Made by a program: the position numbers and the translations under genes. From Phaeosaccion multiseriatum (taxonomy: Eukaryota; Protista; Ochrophyta, other classes), in contig OZ218959.1 of the NCBI GenBank assembly GCA_965112735.1, positions 372,001 to 436,000 on the forward strand: DNA of 64,000 nt, written 5' to 3'. Of this stretch, positions 1 through 11,886 are shown one piece after another. Under the pieces are notes generated by a model, which was not told where the DNA came from, did no database searches, and saw nothing but the letters and a program-made list of their open reading frames with translations. Position 1 is the first letter of the stretch. The number at the start of each line of letters is the position of its first letter.

Positions 1-467
1 GCGTGGGCTGCTCGGCGAGGGGGTGCGAGAGTCGTCCGTGGGTCTCGATGGCGAAGGGTGGTGAGGCGGGCCAGCTCTCCGTCGTACGTATTGGCGTACT
101 GCCGCACCTTGCGGGTCTCGCTGGCTGCTGCTGCGGCGTGGGTTGGATCACGGGCGCCAGAGAGGGCGGTGTTGTGGAGGGGGGGGGGGGGGGGTGGGTC
201 CGACGCTGGTGGAGACGAAGTTCTTCTTGACCATGATGTCATCGATGAAGGAGAGCATGCCGGGGTGGGTGGGTGGGTAGAGCGATGGGTGGGTGGACGG
301 GTGGGTGGGTGAATGGATGGAAGGCTGGGCTGGGTGGATGGATGGATGGAAGAAGGCTGGGTGGATGGATGGATGACTAGGTGGGATGCCTTCCGTCCTT
401 TCGTTACGTGATAGACGTCTTCCTCGTCGTGTGCTCTGCCTCCTTCTTCCCCCCTGCTCCGTCCCAT
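1..467 (-). CDS. 5' part of a spliced gene of unknown function, running off the window start
   Basis: Possible exon [21 protein letters not shown] ends at a GTAACG donor. It is followed by a (TCCA)n-rich intron-like segment and then coding-like [20 protein letters not shown]. The frame breaks in a long G run near 180-195 and the expected acceptor is not a clean AG. Confidence 0.3.
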   Translation of the reverse strand, partial: MGRSRGEEGGRAHDEEDVYHVTKGRKASHLVIHPSTQPSSIHPSTQPSLPSIHPPTRPPTHRSTHPPTPACSPSSMTSWSRRTSSPPASDPPPPPPLHNTALSGARDPTHAAAAASETRKVRQYANTYDGELARLTTLRHRDPRTTLAPPRRAAH

Positions 468-659
468 GCAACAGCACGTTGTTAAGCCTGCGCCTAGGGA
501 TGAGGTAGAGCCGCCGCCCCTCCCCAACCCTTGCCAGGTACTCTTGGGAGGGTGGTTGGGGCCCTCAGCAGAACATGTCACAAGATTTGTCCATACATTA
601 CATACACACAAGCACTCACTCCTTTTAGTGGCGCACAAATTAACTTACGTAACGATGTG

Positions 660-1651
660 TTAAACGAAGTCAATTCCCAGAGAGTGTCCCAGGGGGGTGC
701 GTCCCACCTCGGCCTGCCTGGGCCCCAGAGAAGAGCGCCTTCCCCTGAGCTTGTCCACAACGCCCTGAATTTTCCACATCTCGCTCTCCACCCTCCCCGC
801 TAGAGGGGGATGTGCATGGGGCGAGGAGGGGGAGGAGGAGGAGGAGGAGGAGGAGGAGGAGGAGGAGGGAGCGAGGTGTAGATGCTGGGTGGTCTTGGGA
901 CGTCCCTCCTTGCCATGTGCTTGGAGGAGCCGTACCAGGCCCACGAAGGTCTTGCCCCTCACGGCCTTGGATCGAGAGGAGGAGAGGAGGGAGGAAGGGA
1001 GGGGATTAGTGGAGGAAGCAGAGGAGGGAAACAGACAACAGCGGGGAGACGGAGAGTGTCCGAGGGGGTGCAGCCAGCACCACTACCGCTCACCTCCGAG
1101 GCAGTTACAAGCGCCCGCCTCCTCCTGCGCTCCTCGCTGTCCCTGCGCTGCTCCGGCGACGCGAAGGCCCATGTTCCGAAGTGCTGCGCCGCTCGCAAAT
1201 GCCTCCGTAGGCCCTCCGGAGGCCTCTGCACGGTGAAGCGCACCTCCCTCGTATCGGGGAGGATGGCGGTGCACAGGCCAGCAAAGGGCAGGAGGCGGAG
1301 GAGAGTGCGGTCGAGGAAGCGGGCGTTGATTCGTCCATCTCTGAAGGCAGTGAAGGTAGCCACCCCTTCCACCTCGCTGCGCTCCAGCACGTCTGCGTAG
1401 AGGGGTCTGTAGACCTGCTCCTGCCTCTGCCCCCGCCCTTGCCCCCTTCCTCTTGGGCTGCTTGGGGCTGGCAGAGGAGCGACTCTGACCCACTCAACGT
1501 ACTGCTCCCGGAAGGCCACAGCGTGGTGGGCAAGGTCCCACAGGGGGTAGTCCCTTTCCTCTTCGGCCCCTCCCGGTCCGCCTGTTCGTTTCCGATACGG
1601 TATGCGTGTCCCCTGCACCGCCCCCCGGTGGTACACTTTTTGCTCCAGGAC

Positions 1652-1684
<33 letters not shown>

Positions 1685-3376
1685 CTGCGGCTGCTCTGCT
1701 GTCACTGTCTCGGTTGAGGGAGGCACCGGCACGAGCCGCCTGTGTGTGAAGAAGTCCCCGCACAGGGTGAGAACAGAGGCGTCGTGGTGCACCTCCACCT
1801 CCACCTCCACCTCGCCTCGCTCGGGCGGTGCCGTCTCGATGACTCTGTACGTTGCCTCCTCTGTCCACTCCACAGACACCGGCATGGTGATGCAGAAGCG
1901 CTGCTGCTCGCTACCCTTGCTGCTGCTACTCAATGAAGGGCAGCTCTCGTCGCTCGGACCAAGCCACTGCTCCGCCTCTGCCAGTGACAGCGACAGCACG
2001 TCATTCGGCGTGAGAGGCGTGTGGGCTGCCGCCCTCGTGCTCGCACTCCCGTCACTGATATCACTGACGGTCGCCCATTCGTAGTCCTCTCCAGCCGCCA
2101 CTGCCTGTGGCAGAGCGGTCGTGACCACCGCGAGGTCTTGACAGCCCACCCCCGCCTTCCCTGCCTCCCCTGCCTCCCCTGCCCAGTCTGCCTGTTGGCA
2201 GTCACGCCGCTTCTTTCTCAATGCGCAGAGAGCCATTCGAACAGGCTCTCTCCAGCAGGCGGGCAGCGTGCGAAGTGAATGCTTCTGCTGCACCCACACC
2301 CACATGAAGTGCGCTGTAGAGGCATCATCATCAGCAGCAGCAGCAGCAGCACCACCACCACCACTACCACTACCAGCAGCAGCAGAGGTGGAGAGATTCC
2401 TCTTCCTCCTCCGCCCCACTGCCCTCTGCCCCCCCGCGCCGACGTTGATTGCTCCTTCTTGGCCCTCTTGGTCTCCCCCCCAAAGTTTCCGCTGGTGCCT
2501 TTCGTCCTTAACCCCCCACGGTGAGCCTCCATACCCCACCGAGAAGCCTCCAAAGAGAGCAGGAGTGGTAGCCGCAAAGTCCACCTCCTCCTCTTCCTCC
2601 TCCTCCCTCATGGTGCTGCTGCCGTCCCCGCCCTCGCGAGCGGGCAGCCTCGTCTGACTCACGAAGCGTACCGTGACCGAGGCTGCCATCTCGCCCACCG
2701 TGACACTGGCATTGCCGCTCAAACTGTGCAGCGATACTGCCTCAAGCCCGATGCCGGCCCTTGTGCGAAACACTACCTTGGAAGCGTGCGAATCGAAACC
2801 TTCCCCACGCTGCTGCTGAGCAGAGGCAGCCGTGTGCCTTCTTGGCAAGCGCCACTGGGCAAAGCGGGTGTCACAGGGATAGGTGGACCCTGCCGATTCT
2901 TCTCCCTCAGACCCGTTGGCTGCCAGCAAAGCGGCCGGCGAGAAGTCTCCGGTTCGAAACGCCGTCCCTCCCTCTACACGACGTGTCTGAAGGTGGTAGT
3001 AGAAGCAAGGATTGCTGCTGTAGTGGTTTCTAAATTGCAAAGCCACAGCCAGGAGAGGCCGCAGGGGAGCGAGAGCGCACTCAGACAAGCTGCGGCGGCA
3101 CTGCCCACTACTGGAGATGTGTGTGAAGCACGTGCCTGTAGCTTCAAGCACGATCGCCTCCGTCTGCCCCAGCCGCCGCTGCCCCTGACCCTGGTGCTTT
3201 CTACCCCCCTCTTCACATTTAAAGCACGCGATGACGGCACCCGAGGCGAGTCTCACAAGTCTCTTACAAGTCTCCTCCCTCCCTCTCCGCTCCTCCTCAT
3301 TGTAGTCGCTGCTGCTGCTGCTGCTGCTGCTCATACTGCCGCTGCTCCTGCTGCTGCTGCTGCTGCTCCAGTCCAT
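660..3376 (-). CDS. C5orf34-like protein (DUF4524/DUF4520-type), spliced
   Basis: Long ORF. N-terminal 'IVLEATGTCF...LAVALQFRNHYSSNPCF' and C-terminal 'ATFTAFRDGRINARFLDRTLLRL' resemble the two conserved C5orf34 regions. GTGAG donor at 1093. The terminal exon(s) contain 'RVESEMWKIQ' and stop at 660. Confidence 0.65.
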
Positions 3377-3995
3377 TGCAGCACATCCGAGTCGAAGAGA
3401 CGCACGCACAGTACGACGGCACGACGGCGGTTTGAAATAGACAGGCGCGCAGCCAGGAAATAAAATCCAGGCTTCGGTCAACAGGTTGTCGACGCTGCAT
3501 GGAGGTCGAAGTCAGGCGGACCGTGTAATGTGTAACGTTAGAAAATATGAAAAACCCTTTTAAACCGCAAAATAAGACCCACAAGTGGATTTTAAGATTT
3601 TTGGGGCTGAATAAGGCTTGCTTCCGAGGATTAGTAGACGCTGCTCTCAAGGCACAGTGTAGTTTAGGGTGTTGTCTGTGCGGGTACGGGAGGTTAGCGG
3701 AATCCGTAAGGGGCTGGTGGGTCAAAAAGCGCCGCGAACGAAAAACCCTTTTTGAGGCCTCTAAGACCCACTAAAGTGGGCATTAGGAAACAGGTTTTTG
3801 GTCTACCATTGTTATACAGGAAGGAACCACAGCGCGCTGGGCGAGGCCAGAGTCCACTGTGCCCCCCTCTAACAGGACAGCGTAGTCTGGCCTCCAACAT
3901 CTCCCCCTTCATCTCGTGCTTGACCATTTCCCAAAAAAACGTTAGACCCACTCAAGTGGGTTTTCGGGGTGGTTTAGGGATACACAAACAAGAGC

Positions 3996-4722
3996 ATGGC
4001 CACCAAACCAGGGATAGGGGTCGGGGGACTCTTTGCCATGCTTGGAAGCCTGGCATCAGCCCAGGCCACAGCTCCGACTCCCTCCACCTCCACCTTCAGC
4101 ACCTTCACTACTGCCTCCCCGAGCATGGAAAACTCCATCGGCACCACTGTTGAAGTGTACATTTACAATTTGGCCGAGAGTAGTGGTGATTCACTGTACA
4201 TCAAGGCATGGGAGTCGCCGGCCTATGGGGGGGGCATCACTGAGTATGGAGACTATCTCGAGGTTGGGGAGTACCTTCAGGTAAGAAGCCCATAAGGGCG
4301 AGGGGGACGCCGCGCCACTGCCATCTGGGGTGGGGGCACGGCGCCTCTGTATTCGTGCTTTTCTGCATGTGCCGATGGCACTCCATCATGCTGACGGCAA
4401 TCCCCGACTCGGCCGCCTCCTGCCTCCTGCCTCCTGCCTCCTCCCTCTCGGCGACAACAACACAAAGGTGTCCTTCTCAGATGCAGGCCTGCTGGACGGG
4501 CGCTTCTTTGTGAGTACAAACGCCAGCAGCGCATACCAAGAGGGCCCCTTCTTCGTGCTGGGCGCCGAGGCAGTCGACGAGTCCACCATGGAAACGCAGT
4601 TTAGCTTCGTGGACGAGAATGGGGGGGACACGGACTGCCGAGCTGCCTCGAGCTGGGACGGATCTCTCATGGACGACGGGCAGGTGCAGGGAACGGCGGT
4701 AATGACAGTGGAGTGCTCGTAA
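3996..4722 (+). CDS. Small secreted Ser/Thr-rich, acidic hypothetical protein (exons 3996-4280, 4468-4722)
   Basis: Signal peptide-like N-terminus (LFAMLGSLASA-Q), S/T linker, GTAAG donor at 4281 and an in-phase AAG acceptor before VSFSDAG. Two C-terminal Cys. Confidence 0.65.
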
Positions 4723-5258
4723 CAGCGTATGCATACCTGGTAGGCAGGAGGGAAAGGAGGGGCGATACGATGGATGCAATTGGCGACGACGAGGAGAGGA
4801 GGGGCGCCCTGGGGGAGCAGCAAGATCAAGCGGCCCTTCTATCTCATTCTCTTACCCCCACATAGAGAGTATATATATTATCTATATAATATGTATATGT
4901 ATGTATAGATTGAGTAAAGTGCCCTCCCTGCTTCAGCCCGTGCCGTAGACAGACACGCAAGCAAGCCTCACGCGGTTTTACTTGTCCTCGTTTCTCTCTA
5001 CCTCCTTGTTCCTCGGAGTGTATCTACATACAGCTATGGATAAGAGGAGTACCTTTCCTGCCTTGGCCCCTGAGGCAGAAAAGGCACGCAAGCCTCACGC
5101 GGTTCTACTCATGTAGAAAAACGCGGGCAGCGCCTACAGCGAGCCGAGCGGCCGGGAAGCCTCCAATGTCTACCCTCCTCTCGCGCCGCAGGGAGTGCGG
5201 CTGTTCTATTTAGTACCCTTCCCCGTCCCTGGTGCTATTCTCCTTCCTGCCAAGCGCT

Positions 5259-8200
5259 TCAGAGAGCGAAGGTCTGGTCGGAGCGTTTCATGTAACGCCT
5301 CTCCTCTTCGTTGTACGCAAGGTCTTCGAAGATATCCTTGTCCTCCTCTTCCTCTTCCTCCTCCTCGTCCTCGTCATCATCGTCCTCCTCGTCGTCCTTG
5401 GTCTCTTCCTCGTCATCTTCGGATTCGGAGTCCTCCTCCTCCTCCTCCTCCTCCTCCTCAGACTCCTCAGACTCCTCCTCCTCAGACTCCTCCTCCTCAG
5501 ACCCCTCCTCCGATTCCCCGTCCTCCGCAGAGGTGGTAAGGCTCGCACCCCTCTTCTGTCGTTGAGCGCTAGCAGAAGACACAGCCACACTGCTGTCATC
5601 CTCCTCTTCCTCGTCATCGTCATGACCTCCCCTCGCCCCCAGCTGATGCGCCCGCAGGGCGGCCTTCGGAGAGCTCAGGAGCGAGTCCCGCGAGTCCGGC
5701 ACGCCGTTATCGAGGGGATACACGGCGTCAGCGCCCGCTCTGCTGCTGGCGAAGAGAGGGAGGTCTACCCCGCTGTTCTTCCAGCGCCTCTCCTCGTCCG
5801 ACGGCAGGCCCTCGCCCTGTCTGTTCTCGTACGAGAAGATGACGAAGGCCGCCCACACGCACACAAAAGCGATGACGTTCCAGCCCAAGAGATTGGCGTA
5901 GCTGCCGGGCCCCATGGCGAGCGCCGACAGGTCCACTCGGCCGGGGTAAGAGTTGCCCACCGTGTATGCGATGCCCATGCACGCGCCGATCCAAAAGGGG
6001 ATGTGGAAGCCTGCAGGACGTCGGGGTGAGCACGGGTCGGGTCAGTCGGTCAGTCAGTCAGTCGGTCAGTCGGTCAGTCGAACTAGGCTAGACTAGACCA
6101 GGGTGGCTGCAGAGAAAAGAGAAGGAGGTGGTGCTCACAGACACATGACACATGGCAGACCACAGATGCCCGCCCGCTAGGCAACTTGGTGATACGGTAC
6201 ACGGTACTCACAGAGCGGTCTGTAGCCCTGGAGGAACTCGAGCCCAATGATCGGCGGGCCCAGGCCCAGCACGACAGTCCCGCTCACGGTTGTGGCGTTG
6301 AGCTCCGTCTGCTCGGACAGGAGCGTCAGAGTGCCCACCACAGCCACGAACACCATCATCACCCGGCCGGAAGAGATGTCCTTCGTCTCGGCCTGGCTGA
6401 GCGCCCGAGGCCTGCCCGTCGTGATGAAGCCCATGAGCTCGGGCCCCATTAGTTTGGACACGGAGACGAAGGTAGAGTCTAGGGTGGAGATGGAGGAGGT
6501 GATGAAGACGGCGTTGACCACGGAGAAGAAGGCGGTCCCTACGGTGCGAGCCACGTCGGCGGGTGTGCCTGCGCTCACGGCGGCGGAGTGCATTGCGTCG
6601 GTGTCGAGGGTGGCCAGCATGTTGCCATATACGCCCTACGGTAGAGCAGAGTAGAGCAGTTGGTGATACAGAGCAGAGCCGAGAGGACCAGGGAGGGGGT
6701 GTGATGTGTGAATGGGATCCTCGAAGACAAAACACCACGTCCCACTTCACATGGAAGGTAGGAGGAGGAGGAGGAGGAGGAGGAGGAGGAGGAGGAGGAG
6801 GTCATCGTCCTCTCTCTGGGTCTTGCTTGCCCTTCACTTACCAGCAGCGAGAAGAGCATGATGAACACACCCGCCAACGCCCCGCCCAGCATGAAGGCCT
6901 TGACCTGCCATCCAGAGCCATCCAGAGCCATCCATCAGACAGTCAGACAGAATTGAGAGACAGACACACGTGAGAACTGGGGGGGCAGGGGGGGGCTTCT
7001 TCATGTCCTTGTTCTTGTTGTTCTTCTTCTTTCACTCCCGACAAGAGGTAGCACAGCACGCACCATTTTCTTGGGCTCGATGAGGAAGGCCCGGTCGGTG
7101 AGCACGGGGTCCATAAAGCCGTAGGACAGACTCCCCTGCATGCATGACACGATGAGAAGGTCGAGCCCTCCCTCAAGAGACCAGCGCTTGCGACTCGGCA
7201 CGGGGTTCCACGACCACAGAGAGCACTCCCCCTCGTGTGCGGTGCCGCGGCAGTCCAGGCTATCGGCCTTGTCTCCCACAAAGTACAAGATGACTGTGAG
7301 CAGACCCACCGCCAGGACGGCCTGGAGGGCGTCGGACGTCTGGGGGGAGGGGAGGATGGCAGTGGATGGACGGGAGGGGGGTGGCAGGGTATGGACGGGA
7401 GAGGAGTGGAATACAAGTGAGGGTGACGGCACGACAGAGGGCCTTCTCAGAAAGGACACCCTTTTGCTGCTCATTTGGGGCCGGCCGCTTTCGCTTCCCC
7501 CCCCCCCCCACCTTTCTGTAACCGTCTTTCCCTCTCTCACTCTTCTCAAGCCTCCCCCATATGCCTCTAGCATCCTCTGCCTCACCAGTGAGCTGCGCAT
7601 GCCCCCCGCCATAACGTACACCAGGGGAATTGCCGTTGAGAGGATCGCGGCCGCCCACCAACCCGTCGACTGAGGGAGGGAGGGACGAAGACATGGAGGC
7701 AGGGAGAGTGAGTCAAATGTCCGTCAGCCAGTGTCCTGTGCATCAGCCGTTCCGCCCCACGCACCTTTACCTCCCCGTAGAAGGAAGCCACCACCAGAGA
7801 GTTGCTCCACACCTGCGGCGACAAAAGGGGAGGACGGGGAGGGTCATACACAGTCGGTGTCAAGAGGCAGGCCCGACACGTAGGCCCTGTCAGAGATGGG
7901 CAACCGTTCATCTGGGCAATCGAGGGCACCCACGCGGCAGGGCTGGCAAGGTGGGTGGGGTCGTACCTCTTGGTAGAGCCTGAAGAGCAGCAAGAGATGC
8001 ACAAGGAGAGAGCGGTGGGGTGTGAGTAGGAGATGGGAGGAGGAGGGGACGGGTGGTCTTGGGGTGGTCTTCAACTGCCTGCCAGGGCCGAGTCTGGAGG
8101 CGCAAAGCATGCATCAATCTCACCTGTAGAGCACGGTAAGACCGAACACAACACAGGCCGAGCTTCCGTAGCGGTAGTTGACGGCTTCCGGCAGAGACAC

Positions 8201-8980
8201 GAAACCCTTGAGGCGGAGCCTACACACGACTATCGCCACGGAGGCGAAAGAGAGGTACCAACCGGCGTAGGCAACCCCTCCGATGATGCCAAAGCGGGCT
8301 CCGAGCTGTGTAGACGCGCGCACGAGAGAGAGGATAGGGGTAAGGGAAGAGCAAAAAGAGGGGTAAAACAGAGAGCGGTGCGGTGTGAGTAGGATGTGGG
8401 AGGAGAGGGGGGAGGGAAAGTGAAGGAAAAGAGGGGGAAGCAGAGCAGTCTCCCACACAATATATACCTTGGCGGAATTCTGAATACTCTTGGCAAAGAT
8501 CCAGCTGATGAAGGTGGAGCTTGTGAGCAAGAGGAAGGAGTTGTTGCTTTCATCCTTCTCAGTCAAGTCCCCCTTGAAGAAGGTTGCGGCCGTGGTGGCG
8601 ATCGGGCTGAGGCCGATCGTGATGGCTCCGTATATAGCCAGCCACTGCCATTGCAAGTCCTAGGGAGATGAAGCAGGGCGCAGCAAACGTGAGTGAGTGC
8701 CACTGGTAAATTCGGTGAGAGGGTGGGTCTGTGAGGACAGGACGAGAAGGTGGGGGCATCGCCTTACCAGATCAAAATACCACATGAAGATCTCAGCTAC
8801 GGCGAATAAAACCAGCGTGCACAGGAGCCAAGAGTTCCACACGCGCTTCTTCAAGCCCTTAACCCAGGAAGACCCGCCATCGCTCTCCTGGCCACTGGGG
8901 CTCGCGAAACTCAAGCTGTCCTGACTCGATCCCAGATCAAAAACTGTCGCGGGCGGAGCATGCACAGGCGTTCGGCTCAT
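5259..8980 (-). CDS. Sodium:solute symporter (SSS/SLC5-like) family transporter with acidic C-terminal tail, about 10 exons
   Basis: Hydrophobic exons join in phase at GT-AG sites. Motifs: SWIFAKSIQNSA, FGIIGGVAYAGWYLSF, SLPEAVNYRYG, LYQEVWSN, YVMAGGMRSSL-TSDALQ, ITSSISTLDSTF. The substrate cannot be determined from sequence. Confidence 0.85.
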
Positions 8981-9119
8981 CTTCCTTGCCTGCTCTTTAA
9001 AAATAAAGAACTCCCCTTCCTTGTCTCTTGTTTGGTTGTTCCTTTGCACGCTGTGGTGTGCAAAGAAGATCCGGCCATCAAATTCAAATCGGCCCCTCGC
9101 GCACCCCCGGGCTCAAATC

Positions 9120-9270
9120 GTAAACGAACGTTTCGGCCCCCTGACATGCTTCTGAGGCGACCCTGCTTCCTGCTTCTGGGGAAAGCCATGCAATAAGGCA
9201 ATGGTTGCTTCCTGCTTCTGGGCTGGCCTGTCTCAGAACCATGTCAGGGGCTGAAAGTTTGAAAGTTTAC
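9120..9270. repeat. Inverted-repeat (MITE-like or hairpin) element
   Basis: About 30-nt imperfect arms (tttcggccccctgacatgcttctgaggc / gtctcagaaccatgtcaggggctgaaa) enclose two direct copies of tgcttcctgcttctggg. Confidence 0.7.
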
Positions 9271-9452
9271 TCACCCTCGTTCACACACGAATACATGTGA
9301 ACAACCAACAGTTACCGGTACTAAGCGATTAAGCTTCACCGCAACATGACAGCACGCGCCCAACCAGCCCCTCGGCCTTTCGCCCTCATTCGGCCATAAC
9401 CCCCGACCCCACCCAGCCTGATTGCCTCATCGCCAGAGCCCCGTGCCATCAC

Positions 9453-9611
9453 TCGACCCCTGACGTGCTCCCTACTACCTGCTACCGGCCGACCGGCCGG
9501 CCGGCCAACCATCAGCTGCCACCGCCGGTGTGAGCTGGCTGCTACCTGCTGCCTGCTACCGCGGCGTGCTATCTGCTACCGAGAATCGCTCGGTAGCAGG
9601 TCAGGGGTCGA
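9453..9611. repeat. Inverted-repeat (MITE-like) element
   Basis: Arms tcgacccctgacgtgct / agcaggtcaggggtcga, internal ctgctacc repeats and a subterminal hairpin ctgctaccgag-aatcg-ctcggtagcag. Confidence 0.65.
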
Positions 9612-9901
9612 CAATTACCACCCAACAAGAGAGCCGAGCTCGCGGCAACTCCTGTGGAACTTTATTTTTTATTTATTTAGTTTTTTATTTTAAAAATAAC
9701 TAATCGTATGTAAAAATGTGAATGGCACAGCGCTCTTGGTCGCTGTCCGTGGGGCTGGACCAGCACTGCAGTCCCGCTTGACCGCTTGTTTCACATCCGG
9801 TGCGTCCCACCACTCTATGCTCTATGCTTGCTTGGGCCTCCTCCGCGGCTCTAAACCTCCCCTCTCGACATGATCCATCGTCCTCTTCAATAGCAATTCA
9901 C

Positions 9902-11560
9902 TCACTCCCCCTTCTCCCCCTTCGCCCAGAACCTCTTCTTCTCGGTGGCGCCTTGGTCAAACGTCATATGCTCGGGCTTGGGCTTCTTGAGCTTCATACC
10001 GTTGTCTCCTGGCTCGAACGTCACAATCTGGGGGCACATGGGCAGGCACGTAGGGCAAGCAAGGGAGAGTTAAGGATGGTGCACGTACGTGTAAGTTGCA
10101 TCACTCTCTCGCCCACTCCCTCACTCCCACTCTCTCCGTCCTTCACCCACTCCCTCACTTAAATCCCTCACTCAGTCACTCCCTCCTCGTACTCCTCACC
10201 TCCGTGCACCAGTTGTAAATCTTGTCGCAAAAGGCCTGCATGGGGAGGATGGTGAAGGGCTCCTCCAGTTGCGTGGCCAGCTCCTCAATTCCGAACAAGA
10301 AGACTGAAATGACGGCCGTGGCGGGGATCATGGCAATGTGGTTCCAGCTGTTGCCGAAAGGCTCGTAGAGAGCAAAGGGCACGAGGAGCAGCCAGGCCGT
10401 CAAGAAGCGTGCCGTGTGGCGCGAGTAGAAGAGAGGCACGGGGCTCGTCAAGAGACGCTCGGAACTGCCCAAGTTGTCTTCGAAGATGGTGGCAGCCCTG
10501 TGGACTTCGTTCTTTCGCATGAAATGCATGGGAAGGTTCTCAATGGCCACGGACAAGTCCTGCAGGGCCCTGTTGGGTCGGTGGGCAGCGCGAACAATGG
10601 ACTCAGCCTGCCCTTCCGGCAGCTTCTGGTAAAGCTCTCTCTTGAAATCGTTTTCGTCCTCGTCCTCGGGGCTCAAGTGGCGCTTCATGCATCGCACAAA
10701 GGCCCAGGTGCAGAGCGCGAGGGTCCTCAGGTCCTCCTCGCGCTCCTCGGGGGATACACTGGAACGGTCGTACATGGCGTTTCCCAGACGGACGAGGTCA
10801 CGCGTGTGGTTGATATTCATTCCCCAGTTCTTTCGGGCCTCGTCCCAACGCTGGTACGACGTGTTGGTGCGGAACACTGTTGTGGAGAGGACAGAAGAAT
10901 GGTGAGTGGTACAGGGGAAAAAAGACGTGAAGCTCTCTCTCCCCTGATACACATACAAGGACCAAAACAGGTACATTGGTGTATGCACAAGGAACAATGC
11001 CGGAAGACGGTACAGAGGACAGAAAATAAGTACCGAGCAAAAATTGATGATGCGCACATACCGAGAAGAAGGCCCAGCGAAGGACTACTGAGAGTAAATG
11101 GGGCCAAAGGCAGCCCCAACAGAGAGGTCGAGAAGAGCGCCGTGTGCTTGACTCCTTCAAAGTCTACGAGTCCCCCCGCCAATCCGTTGAAGAGGCACAC
11201 GGCCGTCGCGACGGCCGTCGTCGTCGCCACTTCCCTACCAATATTCTTGTAGATTCCGGAGGTCAACATGCTGGAAAAGTAGTACTGGAACCGCTCGGGA
11301 GAGCGGTGCTTCCTCCAGTCATCGTGCGAGTACACAGTGCGTCGGTACTTGCGAGACTCCTCGCCGTACTGAATGTCTTTGATGGGCGGCATGACAGGGG
11401 GTGCGATTTTGGTGTTGCCCTGCAGCGCGGTTCCTGACCGCGAGAGCACAGAACCGGTCGCCTTCCCGACCCGTGTCAGCGAGGGCTGGGGCACAAAGGC
11501 GGAGCAGCCCCCTGCCAGGGTGGCTAGGCACACAGCCACTGCAGCGCTCCGCATCAGCAT
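9902..11560 (-). CDS. Plastid-targeted bestrophin-like anion channel (BST/VCCN/UPF0187), copy 1; exons 11560-11062, 10876-10200, 10027-9902
   Basis: Motifs LLLVFRTNTSYQRWDEARKNWG, SERLLTSPVPLFYSRHTARFL and LFGIEELATQLEEPF. Signal peptide with GCSA-FVP cleavage. Confidence 0.93.
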
Positions 11561-11886
11561 GGCAAAAGGGGACAGGAAGAAAATGTGCGGAGAGTTTCGG
11601 CGGCCGCGTATGTCACAGATATGTCAGTGATCATCCGAAGGCGGGGCTTACGTAAGATTGTCTCTTTCTTTCCTTCCCATTCCCTTTGAGCTTTTAATAT
11701 TTAATAGGTGTCTCGGAGGTGAGTGAGCTCTCTCAATCAACGGTTTAGTGGTAACTGGTTATAAAAATACAATAAATAAAAATCGCGGCCCCCTCCCCCC
11801 TCGTCTTTCATACCTCCGGCGCTCACCAGCCGGGGAGGGCGCGTGAAGCTGCCTGCCACCGCGCACGCGTGAAACCGTCACCATAC

